This document shows, piece after piece, positions 24,650 to 37,985 of a stretch of 64,000 nt of DNA. The stretch lies in assembly GCA_951406725.2 (NCBI GenBank), contig OX597814.1:204104001-204168000 (forward strand), read 5' to 3'. The notes beneath the pieces are model-generated. The model was not told where the DNA came from and did no database searches. It saw only the letters and a list, made by a program, of their open reading frames with translations. How positions within the stretch are numbered: the stretch's first letter is position 1; each line of letters begins with the position of its first letter. Origin of the DNA: Octopus vulgaris (Eukaryota). A program made the position numbers and the translations under genes.

Positions 24650-24812
24650 AGCTGCACCAGCAGTCAACTGGTAATCATTTACAGTTGAGTAGACTGCAGT
24701 AATGTAAAATATCATAGATTGGTCAATGGCAATGTAGTGTCTTGCCCAGGAATCGAATCCACGACATTATGATCATGGGTACAACACCCCAACCACTAGG
24801 CCACACATCTTC
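24650..24812 (-). mobile_element. SINE family C, degenerate
   Basis: CATTTACAGTTGAGTAGACTG...GGAATCGAATCCACGAC...CCCCAACCACTAGGCCAC is the reverse of a tRNA head plus core. Confidence 0.6.
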
Positions 24813-25729
24813 ACAGAAGTCCCATTACAAGGATTGTAAATATAGGAAAAAAGGAATAAGTAATACAGAACAGCACTTGCATCTTGAGAATAAATTTGTT
24901 AAACAGTAAAAGATTAAATATAAATTATGTGTTTGTGTTTTTGTTATTCATTTAGAGAAAGAAACTGTAACAATAGTTCTAGGACAGAAATAGCAGAACA
25001 GTAAAAACATAAGATTAGATTTAATAATATTCCTGATCAATGGATAAACAAACAACAGTCATAAAAGCCAAAAATAAATATTTCTGCTGACTGATAGATA
25101 CACCATAGATTCTATTGTAATAAATACTTTTTCTTTCTTTCTTCAATGGAGACAAGCACAGATCAAAATCGTGTCTGCTAACCTTTTAAATTTGTTCTTT
25201 CATAATAAATCTGACCATCCCAAAGTGACTTTTTTGCATAGCTTAACCTTTTGTCAGCAGAACAGATGAAGTATTCCAAGTAGCATCAGAGAACTCAATG
25301 AGAAATTAACCAAGGACTAAGTAACAGAAGAAGCCAGTTAAATAGATTTGTTTAATCCATGCCAATTGGGGGAAAATATGTAAAAATTCCATCAATAACC
25401 ATGAGGCTAATTAGTATAATTGGAAACTTATTCTCATATATGATATAAAAAATATATATAATTTTATTCATTTTTCAGACTACAAAGTTATTTTGCAATG
25501 AAATTTTCTTAAAGTTTCTAGTTAAGCAAGAAAAGAGTCATAACTTTTTGTCATGTTAACTCACTAAACTTTATCGATCCTCTCCCAGATCTCTCCAATT
25601 GAACTTTAGTTAATCAAAGGTTAATTTCAGATCTCCTCATCAAATGACAAGTCAAAATATACACCATCAAACTAAAGACTTCTGAACATAAAAACATTTA
25701 GTCTAGCAAGTAATATTCAAAATACCAAT

Positions 25730-26092
25730 AAAGAACTTAAGTACTGAATTTTTGGCTGGGCCTCACTGAGGAAATCACAAGAGATTGGGAGATGTGGCAA
25801 TTTGCTGTACTTGAAAAGACACATCAATCTACGTAAAACCACTGTCTTCCATACATACAGGCTTGTTCTTTACAGGTGCTGGTGCCACATAAAATGCACT
25901 CATGCCAGTGCTGCTTAAATGCACCTATGCCAGTGGCACATAAAAAGCACTCAGCATGCACGGTTAAATGGTTGGTGATAGGAATGGCATCCAGCCATAG
26001 AAACCATGCTACAACAGACAATTGGAGTCAGGACAGCACCCATCAAACTGTTCAACCCATGTCAGCATGGAAAACAGACATTAAATGATGAA
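25730..26092 (+). mobile_element. 5'-truncated RTE LINE end with 3' UTR module
   Basis: GGGCCTCACTGAGGAAATCACAAGAGATTG matches the RTE ORF end at about 55357; followed by GGTGCCACATAAAA.GCAC x2, GGAATGGCATCCAGCCATAGAAAC and a GATGA tail. Confidence 0.65.
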
Positions 26093-26154
26093 CATTTGTA
26101 AACAAGAAGTTTAAAAAACAAAACAAATTAGAATATGAAATACATGGTTCCCTT

Positions 26155-26352
26155 CAACCATCTTGATACCAACTTACCTGAGATTGCCATTAGTTCTACG
26201 ATACAAGCATCATGCTTTACAGCATTCTAAATTAAAACTTCTCATAAAAATTTGATGTTGTGTACCAAACACCAGCTTAATAATTACAAATTTATTCTGT
26301 TTAATCTTTCATTATTTTCTAAATTTCGATAGAAATATGGTGACAAAAGGTT
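26155..26352. mobile_element. Diverged copy of the 19064-19278 piggyBac MITE
   Basis: Shares AATTAAAACTTC, CAGCTTAATAAT and the AATATGGTGACAAAAGGTTTAA end. Confidence 0.55.
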
Positions 26353-28793
26353 TAAATCATTTTGCTTCACCTTTCAGATTGAAAAACTTGCATATAGAAT
26401 GTAAGGATTACAGTTATTTTACCAGGTTTTACTACTCAATGACACTTTTTGTAAAGATACAAGGAGCAGAGTTTATTTAATAACAAGACATTACCTTCTC
26501 TCTCTCCCCATAAGCAAGACATGGACCCCAGAAGCTGCATTGAAGAGAGAAGGAATACCTAATAAAGTGATACTGGGTTGAGGGTCACACATCAGTCCAG
26601 CTTATATAGGACATGTTCTCTAGTGACTGTAGCATGATAAAATGCATCTGATATACTCTCTAAAGTGGTTGGTCACAGGAAGGGCATCCAGCTGCACAAA
26701 CTATACCAAAATGAAAATGTACATGTGAGATCGGGGTTCAGCAAGCTACATTACAAGCAACTGACTAGGAGGGCAGGAACTCCACTCCAAATAACTGACA
26801 ATGATTGTGACAACCACCCAATCAATATAAGCATTAAAAAAAAAATGTAGAACTGATGATGATCTACGTAATTGCATTTTACTGTTTTAAAACATACCTA
26901 AATCTTCACATTTTCATTTAAAACAGGGAAAGAAAGAAATCAATGGTATAACAGCATAGAATCAGTGAGGTCCTTAGATGTCAATGACAGCTTCAATCAA
27001 TTCACTAAGTTATATATATAGAATGAATTTCTTTGACGACAATAGCGTCCATTACCATCATTTGAATTGGTTCATCAAACATGCAGTTCATGACAGCATC
27101 ATATAATATAAAACTATTACTATACAAAACTTTTCCTGCATTTCCTTCTGTATTTTCTCAATCAATCAATCAGGTTCCTCCTCATAGGTTTTCTGGCATA
27201 CATGCATGCATACACACACACACACATTATATCCATTCCAATTTATAAACTTTCTCCAGTCTTATGTATTTTAAAACCAATTTCGTTAGCTGCTTGAAAC
27301 ACCTGTTTTTAAAATCCATTTTCCTTTGAAATGAGCTGCTGGGATTAATCGAAGGAATTCATCATGAATGAAACATTAAAAATAGGTCTCTTCCAATAAT
27401 TAGCATGCTAAGATCAGAAAAGATTAATAACTTTGATTGAGGAAAAGAATGATATTTCCATCACCAATGACCAAAAATATAATTGCCAGCTACAAAATAA
27501 TTAGTGAAATAACCAAATTATTCTCAATCTCACGTATGTTACATAGCAACACAATGATATTTATTATCTCTACATAATAATAGCCTATATTAATGTTGGT
27601 TGGTTGGTTGGTTGATTGATTGATTTCTTCAGTCGTGCTTTACATTATGTAGAAAAAGAAGTAAAAGAGATATAGAATCAATATAAGAAATGCAGGATGA
27701 GTGCGCATACAAAGCTTGGTGGCAGACAATGAGAACTATCTGAAAAATACACATTGTTTTGATGCAATTTTGCAGAAATTGGGTTTGTATGGAGCATATT
27801 GCAATTATTTTGATAAAATTTTTGAAAATAAGACATTTGTACTACAGAGCCAGAGGCAATTTCATCCAGGTTGGTATCAAAAGGGTTACGGTAAAGGTGT
27901 AGCGAAACACCACAATGTGACGCTATGAAGAATAATAAATCAGTTTAAAATAGATAAATTTTACTTGCCAGAATTCCTCACCTATTTTAATTTTTTTATT
28001 TTTGTTATCGTATGAGGCACAAGTTTACTACCTTCCCTCTCAAATTCATATCTGCCTCTACCCCTTCATCCAACTTCATTCACATTTCACTCCAGACATC
28101 TGACCCTCTCACACTACCATTTCATTCTCCACATTAGTTCTTCAACTTCAATTCTTTGCCTAAAGGCCAAGAGACATCATTTCCTCTCTCGCTTCCACAC
28201 TCTCAGCTGAAAGTCAAGGCAGATACTATATTAAATTTTACACACCTCAGGGTAATTAAACTTATTCAACCCTCCAATATTGATGCTACCAGGTCATCAC
28301 CAGCTTCTTCAAATTCCAAATTTTGCCAAATAATAAATTTATCTAGTACAAATCCATATATTCAATTTTTTTTTTCCTGAACAGACACTCACATAACCTT
28401 CTTCATAAAAAAAAATGTATATTTGAGTGGTAATGGAATATAAAAAAAAATCAATTATCAGTCTAATATAAATGAAGAATGGAAATAAAAAGATAATCTC
28501 ACACATTCAATTTCCCCATGTAATTAACCTTTGCAATTGTTTTCTTTGAAGGTTGTAGAACCAATGTCCATTGTTGGGAGAATGGAAGTAGTTTTAAAAA
28601 ATAAAACATTGTTGAAAATCATGTCTCTTCTCCTGGTTACAGATTGTCAATATTTTACTCATCATCATTTAACGTCCAATTCCCATGCTGGCATGGGTTG
28701 GATGGTTCGACAGGCAAGGCAGAAGACTGCACCAGGTTTCAGTGTCTGTTTTGTCATGGTTTTTATGGCTGGATGCCTTTCTTAACAATCATG

Positions 28794-29115
28794 GCATGTA
28801 CCTTAGTGGTTAGATGTTCAACTCACAATTGTAAAGTCATGAGCTTGATACCCAGTGACACGTTGTGTCCTTGAGCAACACACTTTATTTCACATTGCTC
28901 CAGTCCACTCACCTGGTAAGAATGAGTTGTACCTGTGCTTCAAAGGGCTGGCCCTGTCACGTTGTGTCACACTGAATCTTACTGAAAATTACATTAAGGC
29001 ATTAAGAGTACATGGGTCTGTGGAGTGCTCAGCCACTTGCATGTTAATTTCACAAGTAAGCTGTTCCATTGATCAGATCAAGAGACCCTCATCATTGTAA
29101 CCGACAGAGTGCCAG
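28794..29115 (+). mobile_element. SINE family C (tRNA head + Meta/CORE-like domain)
   Basis: CCTTAGTGGTTAG A-box, TTGATACCC B-box, GTTGTGTCCTTGAGCAACACACTTTATTTCACATTGCTCCAGTCCACTCA core. Confidence 0.75.
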
Positions 29116-29151
29116 TTTATATGTGTGAGTGTATATATATGTATATATAAT

Positions 29152-29550
29152 ATCAATATGGCTGTTTGACATTACTACCATTTTAATCCCAGACAGATCT
29201 TCTGCCAGCTGGTTACCAATGCAACCTGTACCCTGTATATATTGCCCAGTAGGGGAACAAACACTTACCATCCTTTAGCAGATGACAGGATCACAAAATT
29301 AAGGGACCATCAGCCATTGATCTTGCAACAAGCAAATTAACTAATTAGAAAATCTCAACAAGAGATAAAAGTAGCAACTCTACTGAGAAGTAATGCTTAT
29401 CGCCACATCAATATGGCTATTTGACATTACTACCATTTTAACCCCATTAAAATGGTAGTAACGTCAAACAGCCGATGTGGCAATAAATATTACTTCTGAG
29501 TTGCTACTTTCATCTCTTGTTGAGATTTTCTAACTAGCTACTTTGTTTAT
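29152..29550. mobile_element. Direct-plus-inverted repeat element with Penelope pLTR-like geometry
   Basis: ATCAATATGGCT.TTTGACATTACTACCATTTTAA at about 29152 and 29407; palindrome with arms of about 105 bp centred near 29444. Confidence 0.6.
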
Positions 29551-29589
29551 AATTCTCATGTGTGTGTACATGGGGAGGTAAGTTGTTGA

Positions 29590-29945
29590 ATCAGAATTTC
29601 TATGGCTGGGCACCCTTCTTGTTGTCAACCCTCACATGTTTCAAAGCAAGGTGATATTTCCCCACGGCTAGGCATGTTTTCATGGAAGATTGGAAACAAA
29701 GGACACTGCATGTATGATTAATGATGCATGCTATCAAGACATGGAGGTACACACCCACACACATAGGTATGCAAACACACAGGATGGGTGTCTTTCAATT
29801 TCCATCTACCAAATCTACTCACAAAAGTTTGGCCAGTTTGAGCTTAAAGTAGAATACACATGCCCAAGGATTCATGCAGTGGGACCGAACCCAAAACCAC
29901 TTGGTTGAGAAGCTAACTTTTCAACCATACTCTCATGCCTGCACT
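29590..29945 (-). mobile_element. Composite SINE (RTE-like tail + family A head)
   Basis: GGCTGGGCACCCTTCTTG...GGAAACAAAGGACACTG...TTTCCATCTACCAAATCTACTCACAA...GGGACCGAACCC. Confidence 0.7.
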
Positions 29946-30051
29946 TTAGTTTATATGTTTTTTTTTGAAAAAATAATATTAACTGAAGGATCACTATATA
30001 TTTGAGTATCAAGTTTTATTTTTACATGAAGAAGTTTGTCAATGACTTTAA

Positions 30052-30246
30052 CCCTTTAGCATTCAAATAGGCCCAAAATTTCTACCTGTTTAATTTTCAA
30101 ACTGACCAAATCTGGCCTCTACCAACTACCCTGTTAATTTCATTCAAAAAAATAAACAATCACATCATCAAAATCTAAATGATTAATTCAAAACAATATG
30201 AATAAATAAGCATCATATTTGACAGAATAATCTCAATGCTAAACGG
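30052..30246. mobile_element. Second TTAA-specific (piggyBac-type) MITE family
   Basis: TTAA-CCCTTTAGCATT ... AATGCTAAACGG-TTAA. Confidence 0.8.
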
Positions 30247-30595
30247 TTAAAATTTTGGGTTACTTACTTTTGTCAGACTGTCTTACAAAGACAACTAAGC
30301 CAAAACTTCAAAGTCACTTCCAACATTTTCCTTGTAAAAGTACAACACACACAGATAAAAATGGTAGCACTTACATTCATAATAATTCTAATAAACCCGT
30401 CTCAAAATCTCACCAAATTCAATACTTGATTTATATAACTGTAAACACACAGGCAGGCATAAATGCATGAGCTTGCACAAATGCACATGCAGATGCACAC
30501 ACATGTACACAGGTTAATTTAGATAAATGCAAAAATATTCAACCAGTCAATTTCCACATTGCTTCTGCATATTTTCTTCCTAATTTGTGCTAGTA

Positions 30596-30813
30596 TTGGT
30601 TTCAAACTTTGGCACAAGGCCAGCAATTTCGGGGACGGGGTAAGTTGATTACATTGACCCCAGTGTTCAACTGATACTTATTTTATCAGCCCTGAAAGGA
30701 TGAAAGGCCAAGTCAACCTTGATAGAATTTCAACTCAGAAGAACATTAACACAGACAAATTGCTGCTAAGCGTTTTGCCTGGTGTGCTCACCATTCTGCC
30801 AGCTTACCACCTT
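30596..30813 (-). mobile_element. SINE family B
   Basis: TTGGTTTCAAACTTTGGCACAAGGCCAGCAATTT...GAAAGGATGAAAGGCCAAGTCAACC...TTCTGCCAGCTTACCACC. Confidence 0.8.
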
Positions 30814-31779
30814 AGTTTGCATTAATATTAAATGTGTAAATTGGAAAATAGCTGTAATTTCAGTATCTATAATGTCAATATACAATAGACTAAACCAAAG
30901 AAAATGCATGACCTAATGGGCAGGGTACTGATTTCATGATAAGGGTGTGGCTCAATTCCTGGACTGATGACGCATTGTGTCCTTGAGTAAGGAATTTCAT
31001 TTCATACTACTCCACCTGTAAATGACTACAGCCAGGTGCTGATGTGGCTTGCTCTTCTTCCAAATGTTACAACCTGGATGTGCCCTTGATGAATGGTGGT
31101 GGTGGGGGGGGTTATGCTTCTTACTAAGTGGGTACCTAATATAATTAGCAAACGTATAGTACATGCTACCAAGCCATACTTACAAAGGATGGATAGCTGT
31201 ACTATAAACTAAAGAATGACTTGACATTTTTCATCTTCAGTCATAGGAATATATGATTACAAAGAAATTTTTGTAAATCACCAATCGCATTCTTAGCAAT
31301 ATAATTTATAAAGCAAAAGATTATTTAAAACACTTTCCCAGATACTAGACAATAGATGGTTAATCATTATTTTCTAAAATTACAACTTATAAACTATCAT
31401 CTACAGTAAAACATTACTTTTGATACTAACCATCATTTTAATAAGTGTGGTATAAAAAGAACAGTGACATAGTTAAATGGCCATGACATTGCTATGGCAT
31501 TTGACAGTGCAGTTCATTCTACTCATTTTTCACCAAGTCATGCTACATTTGTGACTACAACATGATCTCTTTCATCAGCAACAATCACTTTGATGAGGAA
31601 GTCTCTATGACCATTGCTCGACTTGCTAGAAATAACCAGAATATCTCTCAACTTATACCCTACCATTTTAAATAAAAGATACATTGAACTGTTTAGCTCC
31701 AATATCAAAAAAAAACCAACAGAGTGGTCATGATTGGAATACTTTATCATATATCTATTCAATCAAAGCTCACAGGGAA

Positions 31780-32400
31780 CTCAACAACTTCATTCAATTC
31801 TCCTTGATTTATCTCCAATGGGATCCTGCTATGTGATTTTTATTTTCCAGACAAAGTTGTTTATGAGACCCTAAACTATTCCAGAAGAATGTCTACATTG
31901 TACGACTATACAAGGACACTGACCAGGTCAGTTACATATCTCAGCCAGTGGAAATTTTCATTTGCTAATGACTGAACAATAACAAATATCAAGGAAGTCC
32001 TACATCAAAGACTTTACTAACTATACAGGTTTCCATATGACTGACACTTATACAACATCATCTATATAACAGACCATTGAGAATACTCTAACCACTTTTT
32101 GATCAACTTCTACAACCACAAAGACAGTAATTGAAACCAATGTACACTAATAAATTATCAGATACCACCAACTCCCCTACAGGTCTGACAATCCCACCAA
32201 CAACACATTCCATTCCAAACATCACATACACTTGTGCCTCCCTTGTCACTGGAAGGGTGAGTTTGCAGGATAGTTTTTTTAATTTCTTTAACAGGGTCAG
32301 TCAAGCATTGAACAAAAAGAATTCAAATGCAACCAGTATCTACTGTAATCATTCTAAAGCCATTAAAATAAAACAGCAGTTAAGTACTAGAGTCAATATA
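31780..32400 (+). mobile_element. Highly decayed CR1-like LINE fragment
   Basis: FFNFFNRVSQALNKKNSNATSIYCNHSKAI resembles the CR1 RT motif ..V.KALD.....D.IYLDFSKAFD. Confidence 0.4.
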
Positions 32401-32659
32401 ATAGATTATTTTAGCAAAATTGTTGGTCCTAAGCCCATGTCCAAAATTTAAATTCTTTAGCTCAATAAGTACAACTAACACTAGTAGTTCTAATATTGGG
32501 TTACCACCTTTAATTACATAATTAAGCAAAATCCCTTCTTCAGAAACACCACAATTATATTTCTCATCAAAATATAACAATACAAAACGGAGACAAAATA
32601 TTTCCAGTGGAAGAGTAATGTAGAAAGACAATTAGTAGATTTTACTTAGCAGTTTAAAG

Positions 32660-32843
32660 TAGTGGTTCTCAACCTTTTTAATATCCAGGTCAGATCCAAA
32701 ACCTGGCTTTTTTTTTTTTTAGGGGACTGCACAAAAAAAGTAAAACACAAGTCAAAGAAAAGTTTATTATATTTATAGAGGGAAGATCATCAAGGGCTGC
32801 TGGAAGGATGCTTAAGGGCTACATGAAGCTCTGAGAACTGCTG
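32660..32843. mobile_element. hAT-type MITE
   Basis: TIRs TAGTGGTTCTCA / TGAGAACTGCTG; 8-bp TSD GTTTAAAG / GTTTAAAC. Confidence 0.75.
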
Positions 32844-33192
32844 GTTTAAACAGATACTACTGTTTTAGTCTTTGAAAACAACTTATTACAAACACTGGTT
32901 AATTTGTGGCTGGAAAAAGAGACCCACCCAAGAAGTGATAATTTGGTTGTTGTTTAGTCCCAGACATGTATAAGTTGAGCAGACCAATGGTCAAAAGTTA
33001 TTCATTGTGTTCTTCCTTTTTAAGACAGTAGAGTGGGATTGATGCAAATTTGGCTATTTAGCAGGTTAATTGACCTTGCAGAAGCTCACTAATTGGAATA
33101 CTTGGTAAGAGAAAGAGTATAAGTAAATAAGGTTATCTAAAATAATAGGCTAGGAAATAAAGTAACAGAAAAGTATCACATATCAGGTTTAA

Positions 33193-33746
33193 CCCTTTTA
33201 ACACCAAACCAACACGACCATCTCTGGTTCTATGATACAAAATTCCTGAGTGATCTAAAAGCAGTAAGATTCCTTATAACCCATGCAAGATAAACACTTT
33301 CATTAAAACCTTCCATCCACATTTCATGTTAATCTGTTCTAAACATCAGATTAATAATAATGACAGCTATTATACTAAAGTCTTCAAAATTTTCAAAATT
33401 AATTGAAACAAAGAGTACCTCAACAGAAATATATCTTTTACTGGTTTCAGTTATTAGACAGCAACCATACAAGACCACAAATCAAGATCAGTGCCTATTG
33501 TAAACTTGGTGTGTATTCTATCAGTCTCTTTTGCAAAACTCTAAGTTACAGGGACATTAACCAACACTGGGTGTCAAGTGATGATGGGGAACAAACATAA
33601 CAGAGTTTTTGTTTACCAACTTCACTCACAAAGTATTGGTTGCCCAGAACAATAGTAGAAGACACTCACCCAAAGTGCTGCTCAGTGAGACTGAACATGA
33701 AACCATATGGTTACAAATCAAGCCTCTTAACCCCACAGCCAAAGGA
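33193..33746. mobile_element. piggyBac MITE copy with a family A SINE (about 33436-33740, minus) nested near its right end
   Basis: TTAACCCTTTTAACACCAAACC start; body similar to 19064-19278; SINE insertion; resumes as AAAGGATTAA. Confidence 0.6.
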
Positions 33747-33904
33747 TTAATTAGCTAGAAGAGAAGTGAGAAGTCTACAAATTATTACAGTGAAGGAGCA
33801 GAAAGGTATCAAGTATTCTGAACATGGGAAATATTGGGAATGTGTGTGTGTGTATGTGTGCTTTGACTGATTCTGTAGTAAGCATCATCATAATTATCAC
33901 AAGA

Positions 33905-34115
33905 TTGGTTTCAAGTTTTGGCACAAGACCAGCAATTTCAGGGGAGAAGGCTAGTTGATTTCATCGACCGCAGTACTCAACTGGTACTTAATTTATCGAC
34001 ACTGAAAGGATGACAGGCAAAGTCAACCTCAGCAGAATTTGATCTTAGAATATAAAGACAGACGAAGTGCCACTAAGCATTTTGCCCAGCGTGCTAATGA
34101 TTCTGCCAGCTCACT
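33905..34115 (-). mobile_element. SINE family B
   Basis: TTGGTTTCAAGTTTTGGCACAAGACCAGCAATTT...CTGGTACTTAATTTATCGAC..GAAAGGATGACAGGCAAAGTCAACC. Confidence 0.8.
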
Positions 34116-36144
34116 ACGTTAACAATCCTTGCAAGATTAACATCTAGCTTTAATAATAACCAAATGGTTTATTAAGCAATGTGTTCTAATCAAAACAATG
34201 AGATAACAATGCAATGAGAAGAATGGACATCTATGGAAATATCAAGTTGAGCTGAATGATTAATAATAGTTGACTTACCAAGATTTAGAATTGACCAAAC
34301 TACTTGCAAAAGAATTTGGTAAATTGACAAAAACTAATGACATAAACGTGTGTGTGTGTGTGTGGTGTGTGTGTGTGTGTGTGTGTGTGTAAGTCATTTC
34401 AGAAAGAATGATGAGAAATTAATAATTACAAATTCACTGGTCTTGATAATAAATGTTTATTCAAGAAAAAAGATTTGCTTTTGAAGAAATCTTTACACAA
34501 TTCTCCCCAGGTAATGTTATATTCCTCCAATTGATTAATTTTATATATTCATTGCAATAAACTTTCCCCTTCCACTAAAACTCTTATCTTTTCTAAGCAA
34601 GCTTTGCTAAAATCAATCTTTCCTGGGGTTTTTATTTTTATTATTTTTATAATAACAAAGAAGGAAAGTAAATTTATTCCAGAAAGTCAGTTCTACAATC
34701 ATCTGTGAACAATGTGGTATTGTGGCTTTCATATCAGACTATGTCAAAACACCATGGCTAGAAAATGGTGCGAAAATTTATAGAACAATTGAAGCTACTA
34801 TAAGTAACTACTGAAAGAATCGGTAAAGACAGAAAATGTAGATATACTTGGTAAACAGAAGGAAATAAGAGAGTTTCCTGTATTATGGGGGTTAACCACA
34901 ACCATTCCTCAGAAGTGAATTTGACTTAGTAACATGTACTGAGTTTTTGCTAATTGTTTTAGGTACTTATATAGAGGTGATGAGACAGACACTCCTTTAG
35001 GCTTCCCATGCTTGACCAGTGAAATATCAAGGCTGTAACAGCTGGAAGCAAAGTGAACTGTACCAGCTCTGGGCTGGGACTCATTTCCATTGAGAAAACT
35101 AAAACATGCAATAAAGTATCATACTCAAAAGACACAGTAAGTCGATCATCCAAAGAATTGAACCCACAACTTATGGTTGCGAGTCTAACACTAGCCATTC
35201 AGCCATACATTATCACTGCGATGTTAATACAGTATACTACTAAAGAAATGATGAAACCATGATTTTATAAATAAGAGTGAGTTTATCTAGTTTGCAGGAT
35301 AGCAGAACAGTTTTGAGCACTTCAAATAAAATGGATCTCCTAGTTCACACTGATCTTATAGCTCTAAGTTTGATTCCATTGCTGGACACATTTGGCAAGT
35401 TCTTCTACCAGAACTTTGGTTCAAGCTAAGCTGTGAGAGTGAAACTAAATAGATAGAAACTGTAAGGAAACTTGATGAACCTTATTTGAAAAGTGGTGCT
35501 ATCTGTTTGCCCCATCACTTTGTAGTTCAACATAAAGACAATTCAAGTGTCAGACTAAAGTATCGGAATCAATATGTTCAATGAAACATTATTCCAAGTT
35601 AAAGACCAAGGACTAAAAGAATAAAAGAATAGCAAGAACCAAAAGCATTGGTTCTTTTGCAATAAACTTTACCCTTCCACTAAAACAATTGGTAGGAGTT
35701 CGACATAAAATTAAGACAGTAGCTTTTTATCAAAACTGATATAGCAACCCAACAAAGGTGCCTCAACATGCTAGAAATAGCAGCTGAACCTTACTGAAAT
35801 CACATTGTACAATCTTTAAACAAAGAAAAAAAAAAGGACAATGGGCAATGCAACCCTTGATATACTCTGCCTGAAAATAAGATAGGTTGTTCAGAGCTGG
35901 GCTGTCTTCAATCATAGTCTGCTCAATGGTCCCTCTTCCTAGACTGAAGGACATTTTTACTTTTAGCACTTATGACTGAACTCACTAAATTGTATTGATT
36001 ATTGATTTCACTATTCAAAAGAAAGATTTTTTTTTTTAATCATTAATTAGTTTGGTTTAGTTTTTCTTACTTTTTCTAAGCAGTGTTTCTAAAACAAAAT
36101 TCTCATGTTTATAGAATATACAACTTTAGAAATAATACTATATA

Positions 36145-36521
36145 CACTACCGTCAGAAATTAATTAGCACCCTTGATTTGCTCTTCACTCAAGGTATGTG
36201 CTGTCACCTAGTGGCCATATCTCGAACTATTGCTTTGTTGCAAGTTCACTGTTGCGCAGAACGATGACGTAACTTTGTTTGCAGAGCAGTTTGAGAGTCT
36301 ACAGCCTTATGATGTTGACATAGTAGTGCAACAACTTGGAGTGCGGATGCAGACAAATCTTCCTTTGTTTAATAGATATAGGTAACGCCTCGCAAGGACC
36401 GAAATCACACCATACTGAGTTTTCTCATCGCGTAAGACGTTTTGAACAGCTCATAGGTTAATTGATTTAACCTATTTAATGTAGAAATTTGAGAAGTGCT
36501 AATTAATTTCTGACGCAAGTG
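36145..36521. mobile_element. Tc1-like MITE (377 bp)
   Basis: TA TSDs; 26-bp TIRs CACTACCGTCAGAAATTAATTAGCAC / GTGCTAATTAATTTCTGACGCAAGTG; CpGs retained. Confidence 0.88.
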
Positions 36522-36944
36522 TATATTATTTAATGAACACAGGTCCTATATATGAGCTAAGCTATTTCAGGTTTCATGCTCAGTACCACATGTATACATA
36601 TATGCACACTGTAGTTGAAGAGTTAACTTTGCAACCACAAGGTCTCAGGTTCAATCCCATTGTGGAGCATCATGGGATAATGTAATTTTCTAAATCCTTG
36701 GGACAATCCACACCCGAGAATGAACCCAAGTAAATGAAAATTATATAGAAGACCACTGGATGGATTAGATTTCTAATCCAAGAAGTACAACCATGTCACA
36801 CTGATACTAACCATGAAATTACATTAATGGTACATGTATCTGTGAAATGCACAGACTACACAATTAAATGAGCAGGTAACTTAGCTTATAAAACAACTGA
36901 ATCTTCATTGTTGAAACTGTCTGAAATACACACACACGTGTGTG

Positions 36945-37985
36945 TTAGGAGCTGAAATTCATCGCAGGCTTTCAGTACAATACAGGGACAGAACTTTGCT
37001 GCATAGATGTATGAGGGGATCAAGAAGTTTAAAAATGGCCAGACAAATGTGAATCACAAAGGGGAAGCAGAATGCCCAACTTCCAACACTAATGTGAAGA
37101 GTCAACAAGCTCAAGAGATGGTTCTGATGAACTGACAAGTGACCATTGATGAGGTGGCATGTTCTCTGCAAATTAGTCATGGTTCTGCATATGAAATCAT
37201 TCACAACAAGCCTCAATCCATAAAGCCTGTGTGAGATTGATACAAAGAGAGCTCAAGAAAATACACAAGAACAATTGTGTGTGGATCTGTCAACACTTAC
37301 TTGACCACAACAATGATGATGGCGAAGCTTTTTTGGAGAGCATAGTCAGAGGAACTGAGACCTGGGTCCATCGCTTTGAGCCAGAATCCATAAGGTATGG
37401 AGTGGAAATGTCCAAAATTGTTAGCAAAAAAGAAATCGAAGACTCAAACTTGCACAAAAAAAGTGATGGTAACATTTTTGGGGACACAAAAGGGCCTATA
37501 CTGGAACATTACCTGGAAAAGTGGTTGACAATAACCAGTGTAGGCTACAGTGAAATGCTAACCAACAAACTGAAACCAGCAATTCATACCAAATGCTGAA
37601 GTCTACTGTCAAAGCAAATGTTACTGTTGCACAACAATGCATTTGCACATTTAGCCACCATCAGGGTTGAGACTATTGAAAAATCAGATTTCAAGTTGCT
37701 GGAACACCCTGTCCAGATCTCTCTCCTTCTATCACCTCTTCAGACCACTCAAGCATCCTTTACAAGTTTGATTTGCAACAGATGAAGCACAGGCAACAAT
37801 GCATAAATGGCTGCATGACCAGCTGCAAGCAAACCTTCTTTTCTGATGGAATAAATAAGCTTATTGACCACTGGAAGAAATGCATTCAAAAGTAAGGAGA
37901 CTATGCCAGAAAATGATTTAATTGTTCCACCTCTGCTTTTGATTTAATGAACTAAAGAAACGAGTGCATACAATTTTTTAATCAC
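36945..37985 (+). mobile_element. 5'-truncated defective mariner
   Basis: GAEIHRRLSVQY, KKFKNGQTNV, ESIVRGTETWVHRFEPES (IVTGDETW motif), LLLHNNA, LEHP, WKKCIQK; frameshifted. Confidence 0.88.
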
